From: Eledone cirrhosa
Taxonomy: Eukaryota
Assembly: GCA_964016885.1 (NCBI GenBank)
Contig: OZ024743.1
Coordinates: 310,868,001-310,932,000 of the forward strand
Reading direction: 5' to 3'
DNA: 64,000 nucleotides
Both the position numbers and the translations under genes were made by a program. Every line of letters starts with the position of its first letter. Within the stretch, counting starts at the first letter, position 1. The notes under the pieces were generated by a model that ran no database searches, had not been told where the DNA came from, and saw only the letters and a program-made list of their open reading frames with translations. Shown piece by piece: positions 48,291-63,539 of the stretch.

Positions 48291-51200
48291 CTCACGGCCC
48301 TGGTACACTTTAGTTGCACTTTGGCTGCAAACCAATCGGGACTGATGCAGCTGTTAGTTGTTAGCTGTATCTTGCCGAGGATGCGCCATTAAATGTTGGC
48401 GATGTTGAACTCATGGACTCAGAGAGTCCAAATGAAACTGGAGACACAGGTAGAATGCAAGTATCGTATAGATCTAGCTTTCAAATGATTGGCTGTGGGG
48501 CCTGAACAGTTCCTCTGCATATCATTTGGTGATCCATCCATTGTTCCATAGTCCAACTGTTGTGCAATTGATTGTCGCTGAGACCTTGTATTTTTACAAC
48601 CTTGCTTGCACTCGTTAGATATATAACTAACATACATGTGAATGACGTACTTGTTTAGTATTAAATATACAAATTTTTAAATAGTTACACACATGATTAA
48701 ATTAGAAAATTTCATAGGTTTCTGTGACATAATCACAGCTTAAAATACACATAGCAAGTATAATTGATTCTACTTTTGGCACAAGGCCAGCAATTATTCC
48801 AGTATATTACTGGTACTTTATCTTATCGATGTTTATTATGCATATGCATATGGCTTCTATATATAAATTTCAGCGATTTCCATCCGTCCGTCACACATCG
48901 AGGAAGGAAGCACTGATGACGTCACAGGAATGGATGATGACGTCACGCATTAGAGGTGACTGAGGAAGGAAAGGGTGATGACAAACTTCAGTAAACAGCA
49001 CCTAACATACGCTACACTTGCGTGTGTAATCTATATATACATTTGAGCGATTTCCCTCCGTCACATAATGTGTATGTGAGTGTTTGTGTAAATGTATGCG
49101 TGTGTAAAAGGAAGGAAAGGGATGGTGAAAAGACTTCAGAAAAACAGCTATTAGCGCTTCATTTGCTACATTGTGTGTAAGTATATATGTTTCAGTAAAT
49201 GTATGTGTGTGTGTGAGTGAATGCATGTGTGTGTGTGTGTATGTATGTTTGTGTGAATGTATGTTTATGTGAATGTATGTCTGTGAGTGTGTATTTTTGT
49301 AAGTGTGTCTGTGCTTGCGGGTTTATATTTTTATGATCATATATCAAGTGTGCATATGCACATACATACACGCACACACATATACATATACGTGTTAGCG
49401 TGTTGAAAACAATCTAATTATTCTAAATTAGACTGTGTCGGTGCTGGTACTAGTTAATACAAGCCCATGAATCCTGAATTATATGCAAATGAGCATCTCT
49501 AAAATTGCCGAATTCTATATGTAAGCTATCAACTATTTACTATAACCTTTGCTGAAGATGGATAAAAATCCTGAAATATTGTTATTTAACATGTTCACAG
49601 AATTATTGAGATAGGTAGTGCATAGTCACAGTTTACAGAACACGCAGCGAAAAGTCTTTATGCATATTATACATAAATATATTGTATGTTTCCACATACA
49701 ACTCTCTGGGGATAAGGTTTTGTCAGATGAGGATGAAATTATCTGAAAAAATTATATTTAAATAGGTTACAGATATAAAACTATAATGGTAAATTAGACA
49801 GCATAAAAACTTAAAACGGAATTGTAGAATTATATTTATATAAACGTAAAACTTCATGTCAACCATTCTGACAGTATCTTAAAGGCGTTTAATCCAATAG
49901 AATATGACAGACAGTACAATGTACAGCGAAACATTTTCAGGAAAGAAATAATTTGAAGCCAAGAGAAAGAAAAAAATAAAACCTATATTCTAGTTGTCAT
50001 TTGATTATAAATATGTCTGCAGAAGGGGGCACACCGTCGGTTTCGGCGAAGAGTGTTACTTTTTTTAACGGACCAAACTGCTTGGGAATTAAAAGGGCAA
50101 GTGGCTGAACATTCCACAAAGATGTTTACAATTAACGCAGTTCTCAGGAAGATTCAGCATAAAATATTGTGTGACAAGTCAGGACCTTTGAATTACAGGT
50201 ACAACTCCTTTTTACCGGCTGAATGAACTGAAGAAACTGGAATTGGACCGCCAGAAATTGAACTCCCGTACTTGCAATAGTGAGGCGAAGACGTCGGTTT
50301 CGATTATGAATGCTCCAGTTTCTTTATATTAACGGAACGATCTACTCATACAACTGGCAACACATTCGATAGTCATGTGTTATGTGATACAGAGTGGTGA
50401 CGCATCATAGCCGACATCCTGCTGGGTCAAAATCGATTTCCGTCGGTTTGTGTGTTACAAATGTTCGATCAGGAAAACCGCCTGATCGTGCAATTGATCT
50501 GTAAGTGACTGAGCATTCCACAGTCACGTGTACCTGTAACGTAATTTTTATGTAGTTTCAGATATGTGATAATAAGGCTAGATCTTTGAATTATATATTC
50601 AGTTCATCTGATCGGCTTACTAAACAAGTTTCGTTCTGCCTAATTTCTCTCATAATGCTTGGGTCAACCCGAGGATATGGTAAATAGCACTTGCCCGAAT
50701 TACCACGCACTAAGATGTAAACGGGGGCCTTATATTTGAGATTCGGTTTTCTCAACCATTCAACCTTGCTGCGTCTATCAGTGATATAGTATAACGGTAT
50801 TGTGGCATAGTATTATAGAATAGTCCAATTTTGTCAGTTAAATTCAGTACCCCTCTATAACGTATAACAATATTTTATATATTTCCTTAGACAATGTTAT
50901 CTCACATTTCAACATGTTTATAGCATTCTAACACACTATGACAGGTAATTTTGGGAGTATATTTTTACAAAATGACATCTGTCATTTCGACATGTTTCTA
51001 ACATTCTAACAAACTAGAGACCGGCAACATTGAGGGAATATCTTTTTCAAATGTGCATAAAAGTAGGTAAATATATAAAGTTGAATACATGCCTCAATAG
51101 AAAACTAATGACTCTACTACATCCGTGCCTCAATAAAATGATACATTAAATTGTTCAAGCCCCAATCCCACAAATATAGTATCAAATGAAGCAGTGTTCT

Positions 51201-51524
51201 GAGAAAAATTAATTAAAATGATTTAAGAAAATATATTCTTTTTCTCAAATTATTTTCAATCTCAAACGCAGAAACTAACTGCAACTAGAGTCGACTTCTA
51301 TAAATAATAGCTTAGAAAATCGGGTAAAATACTCCTATATACCGAAAAACGGGACCGGCAATCTCTCGTAGAATCGAATGTGTTACCTATCAAATGAGTT
51401 TGAGATTACTACATGTTTTGAGAATTTTCAATCAATTTAACCCTCTGGTAGTTTATTTTCGAAATAGTGTTATATTCTAAGCTGTTCGCTTTTCTTTATA
51501 TATAGACGAACATTTATTTTAAAG

Positions 51525-51600
51525 ATTCGGTTAGTTCAATGGTACAACAGTTCCCCCGGTGTTGGTGAGGTACAAAGTTCGATTCTCCGCAGCGGCAACT
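51525..51600 (+). pseudogene. Degenerate tRNA-like sequence or SINE head inside a 33-bp inverted repeat
   Basis: TAGTTCAATGGTA (A box-like) and AGTTCGATTCTC (B box-like); acceptor stem does not pair. Confidence 0.45.
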
Positions 51601-51992
51601 AGCCCTTCCCTTTTTATGTTCTATTTGTAGACCTATTTTACCCGATTTTCTAAGCTATTATTTATACTAATCCACTGTGGTAACATATATTTCTTGCATT
51701 TGAGTTTTCTACGTTTTCTAAGAATTTTAATCAGCCCAAAGCTTCGATAGATTATTTTCGATGTTTACATCTATTTATGACATTCATCAAATAAGTGTGA
51801 AAAGGAAACAATTTCACACAAACGCCAATAGCAAAGGAAAATTACTCGAGTGTGTGCAGAGCTCTCTTTGAAGCTCGTTCGTATCTCTGTTTCTCTAACA
51901 ATTTACCTGCCATTTCAGTCAATATATATACACTCACAACCTATATTTTGACTATCTCTGTATCTCTCTATGTATCTCTCTGCGTCCACTCC

Positions 51993-52033
<41 letters not shown>

Positions 52034-52307
52034 GTTAATCCTGACATCTGTAATCGGACCAACTAAACAACCAGCCATTATTGTGTATTATCTGATAGAT
52101 ACTTTTATAAATATATATTTATATTCTTATGAATATATATTCAGCTTCATATCCAAAAAAGAGAAAGATATACGTATGTCCATAAATATGCCACAATACA
52201 TATTCAACGGACACATTTATACACTAGAATTTTACAGAGATTATAATTAATTATGATTACTGAACAGCAAACTATTTTTTATCAGCTAATTTTTATATTT
52301 TTGTTGA

Positions 52308-52430
52308 AGTTGCATGGCTTAGTGGTTAAGGTGTTCGATCCTCATCGTCACATTATGTCCTTGAGCAAGTAATTTTGTTTCACGTTGCTCCAGTTCACTC
52401 AGCTAGAAAATCTGAGTTTCATCTATGATT
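52308..52430 (+). mobile_element. SINE family 2 5' fragment
   Basis: TGGCTTAGTGGTTAAG..GTCCTTGAGCAAG..TTTCACGTTGCTCCAGTTCACTCAGCT. Confidence 0.7.
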
Positions 52431-53439
52431 GGAGTAGAGATTGCGTTAACTGTATATTTTTATACTTCCTATATTGATAACTACATTTAACTACACCACT
52501 CACTTGCTTATGTGTTGGTCTTTGTTATACAACATATGATGCTTTCACAAGTACTATATCCCTCTGGTGGAACAAGCAATAGTGTAAAATTGAAGTGAAG
52601 CGGCAAATGAGCAGAATCGTTAAGGCATCGGATGACATACCTCGGTATTTGTTCCAGCTAAATGTTATCTGTGTTCAAATCCAGCCGAAGTTAACATTGC
52701 CTTTCAACCTTTTGAGATGGGTAAGTATAGTACCACACCAGTAGGATCAATTGGTGTGTTCGGAGTTCAAGCCCTGTGTGTGAGCAAAGAATGGGCTCCA
52801 TACTCATCTAAGATAATCGAACTCACATTAAACGAATAGTCTACAGCCTCTTCGGAAATGAAAGACATAAACGATTGAGGTGTGTAGCATTGTAATATAA
52901 AGAAAGCGAGATTTCTTTTTCTGACATTAAAACTAAGCAGTTTTTAATAACATCTGACAGTATTTTAAACATTTGTATTCACAAGATATTATAATAGCAT
53001 AATCATACTGTTATTCATAATTATATATCTTTATCCGAAACCAAACAAGAGACAACTTAAACACATATAAACGACCATTCAAAAACATTTTCCTAGTTAT
53101 CGACATATTTATATGACAATATATCATGCGGTAACAATTATTAAAAAAAATATTGAAGATATATAAAAGATGATTGTTCCAAACTGATCACCAGAATAGC
53201 CTGTTCGTCTAATTAAGGTGTAAGTGGTAGGACATTCCACAGACACGTGTACCCATAACGTAATTCCCAGGGAGATTCGGGTGGACCTTTGAATTACAGG
53301 TAGAATCGTTTTGTCTGCCTAGGGCACTCTCCTTTCCACCAGAGCTACCAAGTAGGAGCATAGTCGAATAGATCGTCAGCGATACATGATTTCTGTGTAT
53401 TCAACGGACGCGTATATGTGGCTTTCACCTCTGTGTATC

Positions 53440-53700
53440 CCGAAGACGAATATTCAAGTTGAATCGATCAACGAAACAAACGTCTCGAGAAATTAGTGTA
53501 CCCAGTAATATAGTTCTCAGGGAGATTCAGCCTGACATAGTATATGGAAAGTGTCACTATTCAAATTACAAATTTAACTCAAACGGAGTCGATAGGAGCA
53601 AAATTAAATAAAGTCTCTTGCTCAAGGACACAACACACCACCGGAAATCGAACTGACAACTTAAAGATCGTGTGCTGAATACCTTAACCTTTAGGCTACA
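53440..53700 (-). mobile_element. SINE family 2 copy
   Basis: GTTCTCAGGGAGATTCAGC..TCTTGCTCAAGGACACAAC..AATCGAAC. Confidence 0.7.
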
Positions 53701-53980
53701 CCATTTATTGACCACTTCCCCCAATCTATATGAAGGTGATAATCAATGCCTGTTGAGATTAGAATTGTAAAGTTAGAGGCGTGACGTTAAAGACGTTAAA
53801 GGATATAATAGTTATACCTATCTCTTCACTTCCGTTTCTATCACAGGAGACAGCATTACTAATAATATTATTCTCTTATTCAATTTTATGAACAGCATTG
53901 TCAAACATTATTACATATTCAACAGGATTTCCTGATACATACGAATATATATACATACATTTTTTGTTCTTATATATCCA

Positions 53981-54042
<62 letters not shown>

Positions 54043-54248
54043 GTGTGTATGTGCATACGAATATATATATATATATATGTGTGTTTGTGTGTGTGTGTGT
54101 GTACATACACACACATATATATATATATACGAATATATACGTATGTATGTTTTAACGAAAAAAAAATCCAGAGAAAAATGATACACATTTTAAATGAGCT
54201 GTCTTCAATGATGTATTAGATATGTAAAAATGTCGGTTTGAATGAAGA

Positions 54249-54314
<66 letters not shown>

Positions 54315-54348
54315 CATAAAACATGTCTATAGAATCACAAGATAATAT

Positions 54349-54435
<87 letters not shown>

Positions 54436-54570
54436 TATGTATGTATGCACATATGCATATGTACGCATACAGATCAACACTCTTGTACACACACAAGCAT
54501 ACGAATATATATACATGCACACATACACATGGACACACACATATATATGTATATATATATATATATATAT

Positions 54571-54614
<44 letters not shown>

Positions 54615-54904
54615 CATTCAGATAATCTATTGCGTTATGATGTGGCATAATGAATTTGTTGAGATTTTTTTCAACACAAAGGATACATAGAAAATATTTC
54701 TTAAATATTCACTTGTACACATAAATCTCAAAATTTGTGAACAAAGTAATTTCATGGATATACTATATATTAATGATAAACTGGCGAGGGACGCAGGTAA
54801 GACGCCGTTATTGAAGAGGTTGACACATATGATCTTATGAAGCTATGCTTTGTACAAATTTAATCGAATAAACGCCATACCTCTGTTGTTCCTACTCTCA
54901 ACGA

Positions 54905-55560
54905 ATAATGGTTTCTGATTTGGGCACAAGACCAGCAATTTTGGGGAGGAGGGGAAAGTCGGTTAAATCGGTCCCAACGGTTTACTGGTGCTTTATCTTA
55001 TAGACCCAGTAGAGATGAAAGACAAAACTAACATAACGCTTACTCTAAAATAATGGTTCTTGAATTAGGAACAAAGCCAGAAATTTTGGGATAGAGGAAA
55101 GTCGAATAAATCGAGCACAGTGCGTTGCTGGTACTTTACTTTATTGACTATGTAAAGATGAAAGGGAAAGCAAACCTCGGAGGGTTTTGAACTCAGAACT
55201 TAAATGGACGTAACTCTATGCCGTAAAGCATGTTGTCTGACGGTCTACCGATACTGCCAATCCACCGACCCCAGCTTACTCTAAAATAATGGTTTCTTAT
55301 ATAGGCACAAGGCCAGCAATTTTGTGGGAGGGGAAAGTTGATTAAATCGATCCCAGTGTCTGACTGGTACTTTATTTTATCGACCCCATAAGGATGAAAG
55401 GCAAAGTTACCTCGGCAAGATTTGAACTCAGATCATAAAGGGCCGTAACTCTATGCTGCAAAGCATGGCGTCTGACCCTCTACCGATACTGCCAATCCAC
55501 CGCCCTAGCTTACTCTAAAATAATTGTTCCTACTTTTGGCACAAATACTCTAAAATAATG
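54905..55560 (-). mobile_element. Tandem stack of SINE family 1 copies separated by a repeated 15-bp sequence
   Basis: Copies ~54905-55030, 55050-55270, 55285-55505 and a stub at 55520-55545; CTTACTCTAAAATAA recurs at each junction. Confidence 0.85.
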
Positions 55561-56379
55561 AAGCTAAATATTACTTTAGCTTTGATTGCTAAAATAATCT
55601 AAAATGTCAAAGAAACCTTTAGTCTATATAGGGGCCTATTTGTTTTTCATTTCGTCTCTTACACATATCCGATAGACATAAACTCTCCATATCTGCCACG
55701 GTTTTTGTGATTGTGTAACCACAGGTAAGCTTTGATAATGCAAAGGTATGGCATGTAGGTAAATTTGCATTACGGCAAGACATGATACACATATCTGAAT
55801 TTTCCCTATATACCACGCCTCGATCTAACTAAAAAAAACCATACTACGCACTCCAACATGCAGTGTAGAATTGCATGAAATGCAAAATGATGCTCTTGAT
55901 ATTGATCGTGTATACATTAATTTCGCTTGCTACAATGTGCACTGAAATCTCTGTTGAATGTTACAAATTTCTTTTGAATGTTAGTCCTGAATACAATATA
56001 CTTAAAATGAACTTCTTGGGGATTTGGTGCTGTTCAAGACTACCATATACAAGCATTTGCAGTAATCATTATAAACATTAAGATTTAATCTATTCATAAT
56101 TAAGTCTTAGTGCAAAGGAATCACGAGAAACTACATTGCAAGGCTTTCTTGAAAAGTTCAAAATATCTCTATAACTATAGCAGAATGTAGATTAAATTCT
56201 TACTATAACACTGTAAATGTCCACAACGTTAAGCCCACGATGAGTAAAGATAATGTAAATATTTGAATCAATAAATCCTTTTTTTACCCATATTCTTCTC
56301 AATCATTATGGAATGAGTTCAATTAGCTCCATATAATCCAGAGACATAATCTAAAGAGTGATAATGTGACAAAGTTGTT

Positions 56380-56768
56380 AAATGGTTCAGTTTAGATACG
56401 TTCAGATAAGTGGAAAATGTGGTAAAAGAAAAGTAATAAACGATACCTGGAAATTGATACAACCGTATACAAATAATGCTATATACGGTAACCTAAGACC
56501 GATTACTTACGTTGTAAAATCTAGGAGACTGCGCCAGGTATGGCGAAGTTGTCTCGTAGAGGCATTAAACCAGTTACTGCTATTGGAACCCACATACATT
56601 AGAAGAAAAAAAGGCCAGCATCTTGGCATCATGCTTCGTTTCTGGAGCAGGTTTGTAACTCACGATTCTAAGAAAGAATAAACTGGAGGACCTCATACTG
56701 TACATGGACAAGTGGAGAAGTATCATTATCAACGTAGTCCGAAGGAATCGACTTTATGATGATGATGA
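56380..56768 (+). mobile_element. Old RTE-like LINE 3' remnant with (GAT)n tail
   Basis: KSRRLRQVWRS..LNQLLLLEPT..RKKG..MDKWRSII followed by GATGATGATGA. Confidence 0.5.
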
Positions 56769-58021
56769 AATGTCACTTACAAAGCTTGAGTGGACTGGAT
56801 GCTGAGAGAAATGATATTTGACTAGAATGCCAAGCAATGGGATTGAACCTAAGATCTTATGATTGCGAAGCAAATTTCTTAACCATTCGACCATGCTGCA
56901 TCCACAGTATTTATTAGATTCTCTATATAAGAGTAGGGTCATAAATGGGGATTTGGTATGGGTTGGTGGGAGAATTCACTAAAAATGAAGTGAGGGGCAA
57001 CTGGGGTACCTGATTTGAGACCATCAATGGATACTTCAGCATACAAGGTTGTATGTGTCATCTCAAAAAACTAGATCTGGATATATTTTTAATAAATGTC
57101 CTACTTATAGTAAAAGAAAATGGGTCTAAATTTCAAGGTATCTGTCTTCGTTGGACTATGGGGCTTTATGTGGCCGAATAGACCTATGTCATATTTTTCT
57201 TTATTAAAAAGATTGTTTTCAATGTTAGATGAGAAAAGAATGTTAGTCTTACTGATTGGAATTTTGTTAGTACTCTAAGAATCTAGTGGGTTGTTCAAGC
57301 AATGATATAATGCTATTTATAAACTTTATTACGTTAATAATGGTAAAGTTGATTCTGAAGGTGGCACAATGTCGCAGGAGGCGTTATACAGATATAGCTG
57401 GAGCTATATATATATATAGAATTGATCACGAAATATAATAAAACTTGTAAATTTCGATTTTTCATTTCTACACCAAAATTCCGTTTTCAGTTTCTAAAAT
57501 TGGTCTTTCTCAGCTTCCCTTCACTGTTTATAGTCAAAATATTGCAGAATGTTGCCAATAGCTTAATCGTTTGCATGCAAATATCTTTCGATTTAGCATT
57601 TCTATATTGCTGTTACTTTGTGACATTAACTTCAAATCTATTTTAACACGGAATATCATCTAGGAAGGAAGCAAACATATCTTCATCGTTTCTATTGTTG
57701 ACAATCAACGATATCATACGCTGGTCTTGTAAGAATGTTAACAATATTAACAAGAGGTAAACTTTGGGTGCGTTAAATGTTGTCAGGCTGAGGTTTCGAT
57801 ACCGGGCCTGTCAACCTCTAAAAATCCATGAAAAAAGTGCCCCGGTGCGGAGAGAATTAAGGTAAAATGGGGAGATTTCTATAATGAAAACTATACCTAT
57901 TTTCACAAGAGAAGACACCTCTCACCCGCCCCAAAGTGGGTGCTAGATCTCCCCGGTGGGCGGGGAGAGTTGACAGTTCTGCAATACTCAACTGAACCTC
58001 TTCCATTCCTCTTACATTCAT

Positions 58022-58320
58022 TGGAGGCACGTGGTTTAGGGGTTAGTATATTTGCCTTATAAACTTAAGGTCAGAAATTAGTTTTCCAGTGATGCGTTGT
58101 GTCCTTAAGCAAGACACCTGTTTCATGTTATGTATCTACATGTGGCTGATAAATCGAGTTGTACTTGTAACCCAAAGCCCCAGCTTTGTTGCAAACTTTA
58201 TTATGATGGACTTCCAGCAGATTTACTTTGAAGGTGCATGCGTCTATGGAATGTAGAGTTACTTACACGTGAGTTTAGCGACCAGCTGGAGCATACGTCA
58301 CCAGAAACGACAAATGAAAT
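58022..58320 (+). mobile_element. SINE family 2 copy, degenerate
   Basis: GGAGGCACGTGGTTTAGGGGTTAG..GCGTTGTGTCCTTAAGCAAGACAC. Confidence 0.65.
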
Positions 58321-58721
58321 AATAATTAATAATAGCTCTATATATTTAAAAATAAATCAAGGAAAATCCACATTTTAAATATGATTATTTATGGATGCTC
58401 TTTAATAACATTTCTTATGGTGGCTTAGTGATAGGTTGCTTATCTCAGAATCGTAAAGAAGTTGTGTAAATGAGCAAGTTACATTATTACAGATTTTTAT
58501 TTCTTCTTGTTTCTTTTTCCCGTAATTTCTAGGGAAGTCGTAGGGGTGCCGTATTGACATACGGAGTTTCTTAGGCATTTAAAGCCTAGCGGAGCCCATC
58601 CATCTCTCTCTCTATATATATATATAAATAAAGGATCGATCGACTTTAGTCAAATCGGACCGAGGAAAGAATGTTTCCGTTGGTCTTTCCAATTGCTAAC
58701 ACTATCTATCGGTCGCAACTC

Positions 58722-58850
58722 CAGGTAGAAGGAGCAACGTGAAATAAAGTGTCTTGCGCAAGGACATAACGCATCACCCGTTCCAGGAATCGAACTCCCA
58801 ACCTCAAGATTGCGAATCCAATTCTCTAACCGCTCAGACACACGCCTTCA
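58722..58850 (-). mobile_element. SINE family 2 5' fragment
   Basis: GGAGCAACGTGAAATAAAGTGTCTTGCGCAAGGAC..GGAATCGAACT..CTCTAACCGCTCAGACAC. Confidence 0.75.
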
Positions 58851-58949
58851 CTATATATATATATATATATATAAGTATTGAAGTTTCCGTTGAAAATTGA
58901 AAAAGTCATAGGAGTGAAGAGTGCTCTATGTAGGTACCAGAACTAAATT

Positions 58950-61140
<2,191 letters not shown>

Positions 61141-61144
61141 AACA

Positions 61145-61196
<52 letters not shown>

Positions 61197-61615
61197 CTAT
61201 ATATATATAAATATATATATATATACAATATATAGAGGAACACACAGATACATGCGGACACATACACATACATGAATATATCCACATCCATCATTGAGTT
61301 AATGGTGCCAACCTTAACCGATGTTGCTCTATGAATAACTGGGACAAACCAATCCAAATGGATTAGACTGAACCAGTATCAGAGCTATAAAGTACATTAT
61401 GAAGAGAGAAGAAACATTAGATATAATTAGTAATAAGATGTATCATACCTAAACTGCTTCTAAATTCCTCGACTTTTAAAAGGTATCTATATTTGAAGTT
61501 CTAGTCAAACTTTAATTAGTTACCTACCTAGCTATGTGTGCCTACATTCTTTACAAATTATTCCCTGTGATTTTTTCATGTATTTATTTTATATATATGT
61601 CAATCTATTTCTAGT

Positions 61616-61675
<60 letters not shown>

Positions 61676-61717
61676 TAGATTTTTACTGGCCCTTACAGTT
61701 TGCTGGTAAACAGTTAT

Positions 61718-61764
61718 ACCGTACTGATGAAGGGTAATCACCTGGAAACATTAGCGTCTGCCGT
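61718..61764 (+). ncRNA. Type I hammerhead-like motif (family D)
   Basis: ACCGTA-CTGATGA-aGGGT aatc ACCTg-GAAAC attagc GTC-TGCCGT; one stem I mismatch. Confidence 0.65.
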
Positions 61765-61815
61765 CCTGTTTATATACCAACACAAGAGCAAGAATGATGG
61801 GATCATTCTACAGAC

Positions 61816-61890
61816 ATGGCTTAAAGAGGCTGTTTGCATAATTGCAAACAAATCGAATATTATTATCAATATTAAAAAAACTCAGATTAC

Positions 61891-61952
<62 letters not shown>

Positions 61953-62025
61953 GTAATCGGAGTTTTTTTAATATTGATAATAATATTCGATTTGTTTGCA
62001 ATTATGCAAACAGCCTCTTTAAGTC

Positions 62026-62027
<2 letters not shown>
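61816..62027. repeat. ~78-bp inverted repeat around a (TA)n spacer
   Basis: 61816-61893 mirrored by 61949-62027 with few mismatches. Confidence 0.92.
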
Positions 62028-62078
<51 letters not shown>

Positions 62079-62080
<2 letters not shown>

Positions 62081-62320
62081 CAAGTTCTATGATATAGACC
62101 ATGTTTGTAGATCTGACACGTCGTATGGTATATACCATGTTTGTACATCTGGCAAGTCCTATGATATATACCGTGTTTGTACATGTGACCGGTCCTATGA
62201 TATATACCATGTTTGTCCATCTGATAAGTCCTATGATATGTAATCTATTAGTACTTCCGACAAGTCCTATGATATGTACCGTAGTAGATCATCTGACAAG
62301 TCCTGTGATATATGCCGAAT
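62079..62320. repeat. 36-bp minisatellite, ~6.5 units
   Basis: GACAAGTCCTATGATATATACCATGTTTGTACATCT repeated. Confidence 0.9.
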
Positions 62321-62424
62321 TGTATACATATGATGTAAACCTCACTCTGCGTTACTTTTTTATTTGTATTGTCCTCAATATCTTGGGTCCTTGTGGCCAA
62401 TACAACTAATCATTATTATCATGA

Positions 62425-62627
62425 ATTGGGAGTAATTGGTACAGGTCGGAGATCATGCTTTGCAGCATAGTTTTACGACACTTTACGTTCTGAGTTCAAA
62501 TCCTACCGAGGTTAGCTTTGCCTTTCACCCTTACAGAGTTGATAAAGTACCAGTAATACATTGGGGTTGATTTAATAGATTTACCCCTTCTCCAAAATTG
62601 TTGGCCATGTGCCTAAATCAGAAACTT

Positions 62628-62668
<41 letters not shown>

Positions 62669-62845
62669 GATAGTATTGTTAGCACAGGATTTAGAGGTAT
62701 ACGTTGCAGCATTTAGTTCAAAACACTCCAAGATCAGCTTTGTCTTTCGTCCTTCCAAGGACGACAAAATAAAGTACCAATCAAGCACTAGGGATCAATG
62801 TAATCGAGCTTCGCTTTCTCCATAATTATTTGCATTGGGCTAATT
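62425..62845 (+). mobile_element. Two degenerate SINE family 1 copies separated by (GTA)n
   Basis: CTGAGTTCAAATCCTACCGAGG..CTTTGCCTTTCA..AAAGTACCA motifs. Confidence 0.7.
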
Positions 62846-62917
62846 TGAATTATACATATACATACATATATACATATACATACAGATACATATATATTCA
62901 TATGCATACATATATAG

Positions 62918-63514
62918 ATGGTGGCTGCCAACTCGTTTTCGAGTATGGCGACTACTTTATATCCATGTAGGAGAACTCCTACCGATGCGCTGAACGAATG
63001 TGACTTTAGTCCAGCCAGCGACTTGAAAACTCTGGTACAAACACTACACTTGTGACAATTATTGACCCATAGTGCTAGGCCCATTGTACCCTGTGACGAC
63101 AAGTGCAGAGAGATCTCCAGATATAAAGCAATGCCAGTACAACCTCTCCCATGGTCGGGTCGTTGGCGACTAAACTGGCAACCCCACTAAGGTTTCTTGG
63201 TGAGGAGGGTGACTTTGGACATCCTGCAGGACTAAAAACAAAACCTGTCAAAGGGCAAAGGAGCTCTTAAGAGTCAATGGCCATCCAAAATTACCGGGAG
63301 AGATGACCCCTTAGCCTTTGTCAAGGCAGAATTCTAGGAGAAGGAAAACTCTGATATAACACCTGGAACCCTGATGGTATCCAATGATGTTGACTTGTTC
63401 TTCTTTTTGGTAAATATCATGTTGGTTAAGAGAGTGGGACTGGCTTTGTGCAGTGCCTTTGCTCACTATAAAAGCTTCACGGCACAGGCATTGCTTTATA
63501 TCTGGAGATCTCTC
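62918..63514 (-). mobile_element. RTE-derived non-autonomous element with 5' inversion
   Basis: 62918-63135 is the reverse complement of ~34582-34801; 63133-63514 matches ~34228-34608 directly. Confidence 0.85.
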
Positions 63515-63539
63515 TACATATATAGATAGATAGATATAT

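Noticed and set aside
51525-51600. Functional tRNA gene
   Set aside because: Acceptor and anticodon stems do not pair; treated as a remnant.
53435-53490. CCGAAGA..GTTGA/TCAAC-GAAAC..GTC
   Set aside because: Explained by the body of a SINE family 2 copy; stem I does not pair.
55670-55730. Strong splice donor CAG/GTAAGC after a short candidate exon
   Set aside because: All three frames from the nearest AG contain stops and there are no supporting exons; untestable without transcripts.
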